A stretch of 64,000 bases of DNA from an uncultured Gammaproteobacteria bacterium (GTDB taxonomy: Bacteria; Pseudomonadota; Gammaproteobacteria; UBA9214), in assembly GCA_963748215.1 (NCBI GenBank), contig CAVVHS010000003.1, positions 64,001-128,000 of the forward strand, given 5' to 3'. A model generated the notes under the pieces. It did no database searches and was not told the DNA's origin. It saw only the letters and a program-made list of their open reading frames with translations. Made by a program: the position numbers and the translations under genes. Shown one piece after another: positions 24,678 through 35,242 of this stretch (its first letter is position 1; every line of letters starts with the position of its first letter).

Positions 24678-25733
24678 CTATTTTTTCTTCAGCCGCTGGT
24701 GCATGTCCAGCAGCGTGCGTTCGGTGGTGTCCCAGTCGATGCAGGCGTCCGTCACCGAGACGCCGTACTTCAGGTCGGCCATGTTTTCGTGAATCGGCTG
24801 GCTGCCGGCGTGGATGTTGCTTTCCATCATCAGGCCGATGATGGAGGCGTTACCCGCAAGAATCTGCCGGGTGACTTCTGCCGCGACGCCCGGTTGCAGG
24901 TCCGGGTTCTTGCACGAATTGTCATGGCTGCAGTCGACCATGATGCAGGAACTGACGCCGGCCTCGGCCAGGGCCTGTTCGCAGCGGGCGATGCTTGCCT
25001 CGTCGTAGTTGGGCTGGCCGTTGCCGCCCCTGAGCACGATGTGGCCATAGGCGTTACCGGTGGTCTCTACCGTGGCCACGTGGCCGCCCGAGTCGATGCC
25101 GAGAAAGATGTGCGGATGGCTGACCGATTGCAGGGCATTGATGGCGACGGCGAAGCTGCCATCGGTGCCGTTCTTGAAACCAACCGCGCAGGACAGGCCG
25201 CTGGACATCACGCGGTGGGTCTGTGACTCGGTGGTACGGGCACCGATCGCCGACCAGGAAATCAGGTCCTGGATATATTGCGGCGAGATGGGGTCGAGTG
25301 CCTCGGTCGCCAGCGGCAGCCCCAGCTCGGCGAGGTCCAGCAGCAGCTTGCGCGCGATGTGCAGGCCTTCCTCGATTTCGAAGGAGCCGTTCATGTGCGG
25401 GTCGTTGATCAGCCCTTTCCAGCCGATGGTGCTGCGCGGTTTCTCGAAATAGACCCGCATCACCAGGAACAGGGTGTCGCTGACCTCGTCGGCCAGCACC
25501 CGGAGCCGCTTGCCGTAATCGATGGCGGCAGCCGGATCATGGATGGAGCAGGGACCCACCACGATCATCTGGCGCTTGTCCTTGCGGTCCAGGATATCGC
25601 GCACGCTGGCACGGTTGCGGATGACGGAATCCACCACGCCGGCGGTGTTCGGCAGCCGGCGCTTCAGCTCATCCGGCGTGATCAGGCGCTTGACCGCGCT
25701 GATGTTGATGTCTTCGATACGGTGGTCGGTCAT
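24678..25733 (-). CDS. 3-deoxy-7-phosphoheptulonate (DAHP) synthase class I
   Basis: VGPCSIHD, RVYFEKPR, IGARTTESQ, GFKNGTDG, TDACI; aroF/G/H paralogue not resolvable. Confidence 0.95.
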   Translation of the reverse strand: MTDHRIEDINISAVKRLITPDELKRRLPNTAGVVDSVIRNRASVRDILDRKDKRQMIVVGPCSIHDPAAAIDYGKRLRVLADEVSDTLFLVMRVYFEKPRSTIGWKGLINDPHMNGSFEIEEGLHIARKLLLDLAELGLPLATEALDPISPQYIQDLISWSAIGARTTESQTHRVMSSGLSCAVGFKNGTDGSFAVAINALQSVSHPHIFLGIDSGGHVATVETTGNAYGHIVLRGGNGQPNYDEASIARCEQALAEAGVSSCIMVDCSHDNSCKNPDLQPGVAAEVTRQILAGNASIIGLMMESNIHAGSQPIHENMADLKYGVSVTDACIDWDTTERTLLDMHQRLKKK

Positions 25734-26041
25734 GGTGTTTCCGGTCCGTTCCGGGGCGTGTCAATTTGCGGGCAGATCATACCAGAGTGGGGCGCCGGCG
25801 GCCGGATTCCGGCCCGCCGGACCGGCGCGGGATCAGCCACTGGCTGGTAGTTACGGGCCGGGCGGGCCGGCGGGCCATGCCTGCGCCGGCGTGACATGGA
25901 AGTGAAGCGAAGGTGGGATTTTCGCCCGTATTTCAAACCGGATCGGTACTGCGGCGACCCGGGGGCCGGTTGCCGCTGGGTTTCAAAGGTCGCCGGGCCA
26001 TGCACCGGGGCGTTCCACCCTCGCCCGGTGGGAAATGCGGG

Positions 26042-26899
26042 TCAACCCAGGGCCGACTCCATGGAGCTGATTTCCTCGGCGGATTCCTCAAGGATCTTGC
26101 GTATGGCTTCATAGGATATGCGCAGGCGTTTGCAGGCCGGTATGGACGCGAAGTCCGGCATCTCGTCCTCGGCCAGGTCCTTGATGTTGTCGATCAGGTT
26201 CGCCACCAGCACGACGTCGACAATGTCCGGCGAGGTGTAATGATTGCGCTCCAGCGACTCGTGTTCGTCCACGGCCTCGGCGATCGATACGGGGAAACCC
26301 CAGGATTCGACGATGGCCTTGCCGACGCCGGTATGCCAGCCGGCCAGCAGCTCATCGAGCTGCTGCGGATCATCGAACAGGTCCGGGAAGGCCTGCACGC
26401 GATTCAGGATGTAGAACTTGCCGATGTCATGCAGCAGGCCCGCCAGCATCGCATCTTCCGCATGCTCGAAACCCGGCTGGCGCCTGGCGAGGATGTAGGC
26501 CAGCGCCGCGACATGTGAACTGTGTTTGCGGACGGCATCGATACGTTCATGCAGGATGCTGCCCGCCGGCGCCTTGAAGGTGGTGTCCAGGGCCATCGAG
26601 ACAACGGTATTGCGAACCAGCTCCAGGCCGATCCGGCTGAGCGCGGTCTTCACGTCGGTGATCTCGATGGTGCCGCGGCGCAACAATGCCGAGTTTGCCA
26701 TTCTGACCAGCCGGGTGGTGAGTACCGGGTCAGCCACAATGATGCGGGCGATTTTGTCGATGCTGACATCGGGGTCACTCATGGCTTCGCGGATCTTGAT
26801 GGCAATGTCGGGAAAGGGGGGTATGTCGAATTCCTGGTGGGACAGTTCCTGGCCCAGTGTTTTAACAAACGCGAATGCAGCACTTTGTGAATTGCTCAT
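26042..26899 (-). CDS. HDOD domain protein
   Basis: DPVLTTRLVRMANS, AGLLHDIGK, WGFP motifs. Confidence 0.88.
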   Translation of the reverse strand: MSNSQSAAFAFVKTLGQELSHQEFDIPPFPDIAIKIREAMSDPDVSIDKIARIIVADPVLTTRLVRMANSALLRRGTIEITDVKTALSRIGLELVRNTVVSMALDTTFKAPAGSILHERIDAVRKHSSHVAALAYILARRQPGFEHAEDAMLAGLLHDIGKFYILNRVQAFPDLFDDPQQLDELLAGWHTGVGKAIVESWGFPVSIAEAVDEHESLERNHYTSPDIVDVVLVANLIDNIKDLAEDEMPDFASIPACKRLRISYEAIRKILEESAEEISSMESALG

Positions 26900-27054
26900 G
26901 ATTTCACCCGGTCCATGGTTGCGAGGTTCATCCCTGATCTGGTGCCAGTTATCCCGAGGGGGCGGCACATCTGCTGCTATCGGCCGTGCCGGCCGAGAAT
27001 TGACCCCCCCAAAGCCGCCCTGTGGCGCGTCGTCCGGGCGGCGGGGTGTGGCAC

Positions 27055-27264
27055 TCAGGTCAGGGCGACGAAACCGAGGTAAGCGATGCTGGACAGCACC
27101 AGGCCGGTCCCCCAGATGGTCAGCCAGTAGTGGCGGCTGCGCAGGCCGGCAAACATAAAACCGATACCGATCACGCAGCTGAGCATCGCGATACCGGCAA
27201 AGGCGCCCTGGTCCAGGAGCGGGCCGGTAGGCAGGTCGGGTGGTTCACCGATGCGGTAGCGCAT
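27055..27264 (-). CDS. Small hypothetical membrane protein
   Basis: Two hydrophobic helices; same strand and adjacent to neighbours. Confidence 0.55.
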   Translation of the reverse strand: MRYRIGEPPDLPTGPLLDQGAFAGIAMLSCVIGIGFMFAGLRSRHYWLTIWGTGLVLSSIAYLGFVALT

Positions 27265-27286
27265 AACAGACGTAGGCCGGGCCGGC

Positions 27287-27839
27287 TCAGTGTTTGTCCA
27301 TCAGGCGACGGATGCGCCGGACGTAATGGCGAGTCTGGCCTGGCACGTGCGGTGCGACCTCTTCCCAGGACGCGCTCGGCGGATCGACGCGCTGATAGGT
27401 GTTCTTGATGCGCGTGTAACCGGCATTATAGCTGCCGAAGGCAAAATACAGCCGCTCGTCGCCCGGTGGCGGCGATTTCCAGCGCTTGTACAGCGTGCGG
27501 TCGTAATAGACCCCGGCGGCGATATTCCAGCGCGGCGAGTCCATGTCCTGCATATGGGGATTCTTTTTCTGGATCTCCTCGGTAGGTGCCGGGCAGGATC
27601 TGCATAATGCCGCGTGCACCGGACTTGCTTTTGGCTTTCGGGTTCAGGCCGGATTCCGCGATGGCCTGTGCCTTGAACCATCGCCAGTCGAAGCCGGGGC
27701 CGAAATAGTGTTTTGCATATTTTTTGAAGTGCACGTCGTACTTGTCCGACCAGTCGCTGACCTTCTTCTTCTGGCCCGTGCTGGCCCAGGCAGTCGTGGC
27801 CAGTGCCAGCAGTAGCAAGGTGACGGCGGGTGACGGCAT
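27287..27839 (-). CDS. Lytic transglycosylase SLT-domain protein, frameshift near 27580
   Basis: AESGLNP, GARGIMQI in ORF 27426-27839; WNIAAGVYY, SYNAG in ORF 27287-27619. Confidence 0.85.
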
Positions 27840-27848
27840 GGCCAGGGG

Positions 27849-28082
27849 CTAGTTCAAGCCCAGGCCGATGACCAGGCCGATGCCGATACCGATGCCGATG
27901 AACATGCCCATCACCATCATGCCGACGGCCTGGTTGCCCTTGCGGAGTTCGTCGCCGATATCGAAGCTGCAGACAATCCGGTTGAACATCGTACAACCCA
28001 GCCACATGAAGCCCAGCGTCATGACCCCGCCGATGGCCGCGTAGAGAAAATTCATCATGATGGGATCGAATGTATCCGTCAT
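27849..28082 (-). CDS. DUF350-like small membrane protein
   Basis: ELRKGNQAVG motif between TM helices; GGAGG RBS. Confidence 0.75.
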   Translation of the reverse strand: MTDTFDPIMMNFLYAAIGGVMTLGFMWLGCTMFNRIVCSFDIGDELRKGNQAVGMMVMGMFIGIGIGIGLVIGLGLN

Positions 28083-28227
28083 GCCGTCACCTCCCGGGCG
28101 CTTCTTTATTGGACAGGAAACCGATATTCGTCATTGCTTACACCATGACCGAGACATCGGTAAGACTACAAGCCTCTGCCTGAACTATAAGCAGAAACCA
28201 CCACCATCTCCAACAGGATCGAAAGAT

Positions 28228-28343
28228 CAGGGAACATCTGATTAATTCGCTCATTGTCATCCCGGCGTATGCCGGGATCCAGTGTTTTCAATGGCCTGGA
28301 TGCCGGCTTTCGCCGGCATGACGTATTAATCAGATATAGCTTG
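28228..28343. mobile_element. MITE-like element with ATCTGATTAAT inverted ends and internal GTCAT.CCGG palindromes
   Basis: GGAACATCTGATTAAT ... ATTAATCAGATAT; same layout as 51632-51784. Confidence 0.6.
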
Positions 28344-28368
28344 GGTAAATCATAATATTGTGAAATAT

Positions 28369-28848
28369 TCACCGGGCTGCAGGTGCGGGCGGCCTGTTGT
28401 AGAGGTCCTCGAACGTGGCCGGGCTGAAACCGTTCAGGCGATGTCTGCCGACCAGGATCACCGGCACGCCGCGCGCGCCGAGTTTTTTGAAATCCCGCTT
28501 TCCCCTGGAGCTGGTCTCGACATCATGCTCGGTAAAGCCGATCCGCCTGTCCTGGAAGTAGCGCCGGGCCTTCTTGCACACGCCGCACCAGCTGGCGCTG
28601 TACATCACGACACTGTCGTCGGCCTGGAAGACCTCGGCGAGCGCCTCGATGCCGGGCGAGGGATAGGTGTTGACGCGCAGCCTGACAACTTCCGCCTCCA
28701 CCGCGACCGGCGGCCGGTCGCCGAAATGCACATTGCCCCCGCTGTCGGTCCAGCGGTGGATGTCACCGGCGGCTGCGGTTGGTTGCACAAGCAGGGACAG
28801 CATGAACATCAGTGCAAGACGGACTTTGTCGATGGGCGATACTGGCAT
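28369..28848 (-). CDS. DUF4124 plus glutaredoxin-like (NrdH) domain secreted protein
   Basis: IHRWTDSGGNVHFGDRPP; YSASWCGVCKKA; GVPVI. Confidence 0.85.
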   Translation of the reverse strand: MPVSPIDKVRLALMFMLSLLVQPTAAAGDIHRWTDSGGNVHFGDRPPVAVEAEVVRLRVNTYPSPGIEALAEVFQADDSVVMYSASWCGVCKKARRYFQDRRIGFTEHDVETSSRGKRDFKKLGARGVPVILVGRHRLNGFSPATFEDLYNRPPAPAAR

Positions 28849-28950
28849 GGCAAGTGTTTCCGTCAACGGTGCAAAAAGCGTCAGCCTGGTGATAATAACG
28901 GTAGGCAGGTTCGAGGCTTGACGAGGCGTTCACCCAGGAGCATAGGATGT

Positions 28951-29015
28951 TGTAGGAGCGGATCCCATCCGCGATCATTTTAAATACCGCATCGCGCATG
29001 AGATGCGCTCCTACA
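28951..29015. repeat. GTAG-type REP doublet (REPIN-like)
   Basis: TGTAGGAGCG...ATCCGCGAT and ATCGCGCAT...CGCTCCTACA in inverted orientation. Confidence 0.75.
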
Positions 29016-29058
29016 GCAGGAGCTAGACCTGTGGAGCTGGGAAGGCGTGTAGTCAGAT

Positions 29059-29090
29059 GTAGGGTGCGTTTTACGCACCGGGAATGGTGC
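29059..29090 (+). repeat. GTAG-type REP, same family as 34982-35029
   Basis: GTAGGGTGCGTTTTACGCACCGGGAATGGTGC. Confidence 0.7.
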
Positions 29091-29229
29091 GTTGTATGAG
29101 CGGATGCGGTCCGTTGCTACGGGCGCGTCGCTCCCGGCATCCCTGCCTCCCGGCGACGATGGACAGGAAGTCCAAGTGCCGTGAAGTACATGGATGTACG
29201 AGAGCGGCCGTACCTGCGTCCCTGCAGGC

Positions 29230-29255
29230 AAAAAAAAGCCCCTCGTGCGAGGGGC
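29230..29255 (-). terminator. Intrinsic terminator of the qmo/hdr operon
   Basis: A8-GCCCCTCG-TG-CGAGGGGC. Confidence 0.85.
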
Positions 29256-29267
29256 CTTGGTTTCGAA

Positions 29268-29293
29268 GGGGACAGATTTAACAATCTGTCCCC
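29268..29293. repeat. Type-4 palindrome GGGGACAGATT-TAAC-AATCTGTCCCC
   Basis: Perfect 11-bp inverted repeat sharing the core of the 36-64 kb repeat family. Confidence 0.65.
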
Positions 29294-29302
29294 GGCAGGC
29301 GG

Positions 29303-30202
29303 CTACTTGGAGGCGATCTCTTCCAGCTGCTTGGCCTTGATGACCTGGCCGTCGAGACCGGCTTCCTTGCCGTTCTTGCCGTAGGCCACGCTCATCAGCG
29401 TGGAGTAGTACACCACCGGCATTTTGAAGTTGGTCTTGTACTTCTGGTTGATGTGGTTCTGGTATACCTCGACGTTCATCTGGCAGACCGGGCAGGGCGT
29501 GACGATCATGTCGGCACCGTCGTCGTAGGCCGACTCGATGATGTCCTTGATCAGTGCCTGGCTCTTTTCCGGCTCGGAGAAGGCCAGTGCGCCGCCGCAG
29601 CAGGACACCTTCTTGTCGTAGTTCTCGACCGGTTCGGCGCCCATGGTCTCGACCAGCTTGTCGAGGTACTTCGGGTTTTCGTAGGACTCGCCGTCGATGC
29701 CGAACGGGCGGTTGGTCTGGCAGCCGACGTAGCCGGCGATCTTGATGCCGTCCAGCGGCTTCTTCACATGCTTGCCGAGCTCGTCATAACCGAAGTCCTC
29801 GATCAGCACCTCGACCATGTGACGCACCTTCTGGTCGGCCTTGACGGTGAGACCGGCCGCGGACAGCGCCTCGTTGGTCTCCGCCATCAGCTTGCTGTCG
29901 TCGTGCAGGCGCTCCTGGGTCTCCTTGGTGGCGAGCCAGCAGGCGGCACAGGTGGCGACGATGTCCTGGCCGGGATTGGCCTGCTCGCTGATCGCCATGT
30001 TGCGCGCTGAGAGCGCCAGGCGCGGCAGCTCGCCGCCGCCGGCGTAACCGATGGAGGCGGAGCAGCAGTTCCAGTCCGGGATTTCGTTGAGTTCGATGTC
30101 CAGTGTCTCGCACATGCTGTTCACCGACACCATGTAGTTGGACGCGGACGCGGCCTTCTGCGAGGAACAGCCGGGATAGAAGGAATAGGATTTCTTGGAC
30201 AT
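29303..30202 (-). CDS. hdrB: Heterodisulfide reductase subunit B-like protein
   Basis: FYPGCS, DWNCCS, SCCGG, TPCPVCQMN (two CCG domains). Confidence 0.92.
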   Translation of the reverse strand: MSKKSYSFYPGCSSQKAASASNYMVSVNSMCETLDIELNEIPDWNCCSASIGYAGGGELPRLALSARNMAISEQANPGQDIVATCAACWLATKETQERLHDDSKLMAETNEALSAAGLTVKADQKVRHMVEVLIEDFGYDELGKHVKKPLDGIKIAGYVGCQTNRPFGIDGESYENPKYLDKLVETMGAEPVENYDKKVSCCGGALAFSEPEKSQALIKDIIESAYDDGADMIVTPCPVCQMNVEVYQNHINQKYKTNFKMPVVYYSTLMSVAYGKNGKEAGLDGQVIKAKQLEEIASK

Positions 30203-30213
30203 GTCTGATTACC

Positions 30214-30841
30214 TCACTTGCCGGCCACGGGAATCCGCGCGGCCTCGAGTTCTTCTGCCTTTTTCAGGATGGCCTGCAGGCCCTTGGCGTCCTTGCACTT
30301 GTGACCGCCGATCAGCTCCATCGGGCTGAGCCGCTTGGTCAGCAGCATGCCGAGACCGACATCCTTCATCTTCAGCGAGGTCTTGATGCCCTCGCCGATG
30401 CCGTTCATGAAGTACAGCGCCAGGCCCAGCTTCAGCTCGTTGACGCGGCCGGTCTTGCTCAGGTTGTTCCAGAACAGCTGCGAGAACTTGTGCGGTCGGC
30501 TGGTTCTTCGGCGCGATGCCGAGGCGCTTCGCGTAGTGCGCCAGCCCGTGCATGATGTGGGTGATCGGCAGCTCGCGCGGACAGCGCACGATGCAGTTGT
30601 AGCAGGACGTGCACATCCACATGGAGGTGGACTGCAGCACCTCGTCACGCTTGCCGGCACGGATCATCATGAACAGTTCCTGCGGCGGGTGATCCCAGTG
30701 CGGGCCCAGCGGGCAGGAGCCCGAGCACACGCCGCACTGCATGCACATCTTCACCCATTCGCCTTCCTCGACGTTGTCCTCGACTTCGCGGAGAAAGTCG
30801 TTGCGGTACTGTTCGACCATTTGTTGATTGGCATCAGTCAT
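30214..30841 (-). CDS. hdrC: Heterodisulfide reductase subunit C-like ferredoxin, frameshift near 30495
   Basis: CMQCGVCSGSCP and CTSCYNCIVRCP; C-terminus in ORF 30214-30660. Confidence 0.88.
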
Positions 30842-30851
30842 TGGTTTTCTC

Positions 30852-33093
30852 CTAGAACTTGAACGGGCTCAGGCCGATTTTTTCAACCGCTTCCGCCATG
30901 TCGTTGATCAGACGCGGGGCGCGTTCGATATCGGTGATGGCGACCTCGTAGGTCGAGACGCGCTCTTTCTCGAGGTTCAGTGTTTTCAGCGTCTCATCGA
31001 CCTTGCTCATGCGCTCTTGCGCCAGTTCCGAGCCCTTGACGAAGTGACACTGGTAGTTCTCGCCCTTCTGGCAGCCCATCAGCACGATGCCGTCATAGCC
31101 GCTGTTCAGCGCGTCGGTGATCCAGATGGTGTTGACGGAACCGAGGCAGCGTACCGGGATGACGCGGGCAAACGGCGATGTAGTGGTTGCCGTTCTGGGC
31201 GGCCATGTCGAGCGCCGGGTAGGCGTCGTTTTCGCAGGCCAGCACCAGGATGCGCGGCTTCTCCTCGAACTCGTCCGGCATCTCGACGTTCTTGAGCTGC
31301 TGGCCGACGGTCTCCACCGAGTAGTTCTCGAAGGAGATGACGCGCACCGGGCAGGCGCCCATGCAGGTGCCGCAGCGGCGGCAGCGCGACTCGTTGAACA
31401 CCGGGTAGCGTTTCTCGTCCTCGTCGATGGCGCCGAACGGGCATTCCACCGTGCAGCGCTTGCACTGCGTGCAGCCTTCCTTGCGGAAGCTCGGGAACGA
31501 CAGGTCGCCGGAACGCGGATGCGCGGCGCGGCCGAGCTTGGCGTTTTCCAGCGCCTGGATGGCCTTCAGGGCGGCGCCGGTGGCGTCTTCCTTGGCCTGC
31601 TGCATATCCATCGGGCGGCGCACCGGGCCGGCGGAGTAGATGCCGGTGCGGCGCGTTTCGTACGGGAAGCAGATGAAGTGCGAATCGTTGAAGCCGTACT
31701 TCAGGTGCGGCAGGTCCGGGCCCTGGCGGTAGGTCAGGTTGAGGATGGAGTCGACCTTGACTTCGGGTGCCAGGTTATCCAGGTCGATCTCCTCTGCGTC
31801 CGCCGTGACCGGTAAATCGATGTTGACGCCGGAGTTCGGCACCATGCCGGTGGCCAGCACCACCAGGTCGGCGGTCTCGTTCACTTCCTCGTTCAGGATC
31901 AGGTCCTGGAACTTCACCTTTACGCTGCCGCCGTTGACGGCGACTGCGCTGACCGTGCCCTTGGTGAAGGTGATGCCCTTCTGCTGGCCGCTGCGGTAGA
32001 AGTCCTCGCCGCCGGCACCCGGGGTGCGCATATCGGAGTAGATGATGTTGGTGTCGATCTGCGGGTTCTGGTCCTTGAAATACATGGCCTGCTTGATCGA
32101 GGTCAGGCAGCAGTGACCGGAACAGTAGGGCAGGTGGCTTTCTTTCGTGGAACGCTGGCCGGCGCACTGCACGAACACCACGTTCTGCACTTCCTTGCCG
32201 TCGGACGGGCGCTTGATCGGGCCGCCGTTGGCCTCCAGCGCCAGCTTCTCCAGGCCGGCCTGGTCGACCACGTCCGGACTCTTGCCGTAGCCGAGTTCCG
32301 GCAGCTGGTTCGCATCGTAGTTGCGTGCGCCCGAGGCCATGATGATGGCGCCGAAGTTTTCCGTGCTGGTGGAGCCGGACTCGGTGGAGATGTCCGCCGA
32401 GAAACGGCCCGGCGCACCGCTGGTCTTGGTCAGCGTCGAGTTGAGGTGCACGGTAATTTTGCTGTTGCTTGCGATCTTCGCCACCATCTCCGCCACGCCG
32501 GTGTCTTCCGGATCGGCATAGGGCATGTGCTCGGGAATGCGCTTGTATTCGTAGTTGGCGGAGCCGCCGAGCTGGCCGCTTTTCTCGACGAGGGTGACCG
32601 GGTAACCGGCCGCCGCTGCCTCGATCGCCGCCGTCATGCCGACGATACCGCCACCGACCACCAGCAGGTGATCGTTGCTGGCCGCCGCCTCGTTGACCTG
32701 CGGCAGGGTCATGTACTTGATTTCGGAACAGCCCATGCGCACGTAGTCGGCGGCCATCTCCTGGGTGAGCTCGCGCGCCTCGTCGGTGTCCGGACGCGAC
32801 CAGATCACGCCCTCGCGCAGGTTGGCGCGGCTGATGGCGACGTTCTCGAAGTTGAAGGCCTCGTTCTTGGAACGTCGCGAACAGGCCGCGATCATGACCT
32901 TGTTGACACCCTCGTTGTCGATGTCGTTCTGGATCATGGCCACGCCTTCGGCGTTGCACAGGAAGTCGTGCTCGCGCACCAGCTTGGCCTTGCCCTCGCG
33001 CTCGGCGATGGTGGCCAGCTGGCCGCAGTCGAGCCGCTCGCCCAGGCCGCAGCCCTTGCAGATATAGGCGCCTACCTTGATTTCGTCTGCCAT
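30852..33093 (-). CDS. qmoB: QmoB: HdrA-like flavoprotein with ferredoxin and MvhD-like domains, frameshift near 31170
   Basis: VVGGGIVG, QCAGQRS, CTQCKRCTVECP, CRRCGTCMGACP, LACENDAYPA, GCQKGENYQCHF. Confidence 0.88.
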
Positions 33094-33095
33094 GT

Positions 33096-34385
33096 TCAGC
33101 CCTCCGCTCCGGCAACCCGGTTCACGACCTGGATTGCCCGTAATGCACTTGCCGTTGCGCTCTGTACCGCGCGGTTCACATCCAGCGCGTCGGATGAACA
33201 CCCGGCCGCGAAAATACCGCCGTTCTTTTCATCCGCCTCGATGAAGCCGTTGTCGTTCACCACGACGTCGATGGGGAAGCTGTCCTTCGCCACGCTCGGC
33301 TCCATGCCGACCGCCAGCACGCACAGATCGTGCGGGTTGCTGTAGCGGTGGTAGCCCTCGGTGTCCACGCCGTGCAGGATCGGGTTGCCGCTGGCCTTGT
33401 CCTCGGTGATGTTGGCGACCTTGGACTTGATGAAGGTCACGTTCGCGTCGTCCTGCACCTTCTGGTAGAAGTCGTCGATGCGGTCGATGGCGCGGATGTC
33501 GATGTAGTAGACGGTGGCCTTGAAGTCGTCGGCGTACTTCTCGCGCAGGTAGGTGGTCTGCTTGAGCGAGGCCATGCAGCAGATGCGCGAGCAGTGCTTG
33601 AGGTGGTTGCGGTCACGCGAGCCGGCGCACTGGATGAAGGCGACGTTCTTCGCCTCCTTGCCGTCGCTCGGGCGCACGATCTTGCCGCCGGTCGGGCCGA
33701 ACGGGTCGAGCATGCGCTCGAATTCGACGCTGGTGATCACGTTGGCGAAGCGATCGTGGCCGTAGGGCTGGATCTTGTCGGCGTCGTACGGCTGCCAGCC
33801 GGTGGCCCAGATGATGGCGCCGACGGTCAGCGTGGCCTCGGATTCCTGCATGTCCAGGTCGATGGCGTCGTACTTGCACGCGGCCTTCGCCTTGTCGGCG
33901 TCCGGCGTGCCGATGATCTGCGGATCAATGACATAGCGCTGCGGGTAGGCCATGTTGAACGGCAGGTAGGCGCCCTTGCGCTTGTTTCATGCCGTAGTCG
34001 TACTCGTTGTCGAATTCGCTTTCCACGGCCTTTTCGCACTCGCCGCAGGCGGTGCAGTTGTCGTTCACGTAGCGCGGGTGGGTCTTCAGCGTGACGCTGT
34101 AGTTGCCGGCCTCGCCGCTGACCGCGGAGACCTCTGACATGGTCAGCACGCGTCAGGTTGCGGTTGGCCTTGATGCGGCGCAGGTTGATTTCCAGGCCGC
34201 AGGACGGGATGACATAGCTTGGGGAAATACTTGTAAAGCTGGCTGACCCGGCCGCCCAGGGACGGGTTCTTCTCCACGAGTATCACCTGCTTGCCGCATT
34301 CGGCAGCCTCGATGGCGGCGGTGACGCCGCTGATGCCGCCTCCCACCACCAGAATGGTCTGGTTGGTTGCGATTACATCCGACAT
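33096..34385 (-). CDS. qmoA: QmoA: HdrA-like flavoprotein, several frameshifts
   Basis: VVGGGISG, KYFPKLC, CTACGEC, QCAGSRD...CSRICC across ORFs 34143-34385, 33925-34149 and 33096-33953. Confidence 0.86.
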
Positions 34386-34981
34386 TGTTATCCCTCCAGT
34401 AAACGCCAGGGGCGCATATAACTACATGAATTCTTTGGTTTTCCGAATCGGCCACGGTGGCTGGCGCAAGCCTGCGCGCACGAGTCGGGGCAGGAAAACA
34501 GGGCGATAACCTTACCGCGTCTGCCAATACCGCGCCATATATACAAGGTGGTGAAAGCTATCGAATTTTGCGATGCAGAAATAGAAACGATATATAAGGT
34601 ATGGCCTCGCGCCGTCGCGGCGCGGTCAGGCCTGGCCTCGCGCACGACTACAAGGAGGAGGTGAGGCCGGGAACCGGTCGAGAGACTGGCCTGGGCGATG
34701 TAGGAGGTAGAGCACCAACAGTAGGCGCTTTAGGCGACGCAGGAGTAGTTGCCGAGAGACGCGAAGGCGCAAAGGAAAAATGCCACAGAGGACGCAGAGC
34801 CCACAGAGCTAACGAATGCTCGATTGTAGGAGTGGACCGCGTCCGCGAACTTTTTTGTAAAGGTAGCGAAACAGCTCGCAGTCACCAATTCGCCATAATA
34901 ATGACGTCCATAGACTGTAGAATGTGCTGAGCCCGCGAACCGCATCGGTCAGCTACCCGCAGGAGCGCGATCGGCAAATTT

Positions 34982-35029
34982 GTAGGGTGCGTTTCACGCA
35001 CCGGAAACGGTGCACAAAGTGCACCCTAC
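34982..35029. repeat. GTAG-type REP doublet
   Basis: GTAGGGTGCG...CGCACC-GGAAAC-GGTGCAC...GTGCACCCTAC. Confidence 0.75.
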
Positions 35030-35103
35030 GCCCACATGCTTGCTCGCAGGTGTGATTTGCGAGCGCGATCTTTTTTCACCGAGCTCAGCACACACGTCCC
35101 GCT

Positions 35104-35141
35104 TGCTCCCTCCCCCTTCTGGGGGAGGGTTGGGAGAGGGG
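35104..35141. repeat. GC-rich palindromic intergenic repeat
   Basis: CTCCCTCCCCCTTCTGGGGGAGGGTTGGGAGAGGGG. Confidence 0.55.
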
Positions 35142-35242
35142 ATATCAATCAAGCTCCTGGCAACAGACCCGCCCCTGTGCTCCCCGTCCCCGCTATGGCA
35201 AGATGCCTCATCGACTAAATAAATCACGGAGTTGGAATCAAA

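Noticed and set aside
25735-26040. Structured RNA upstream of the DAHP synthase gene
   Set aside because: Very GC-rich, so hairpins are expected by chance; no known motif, leader peptide or terminator recognised.
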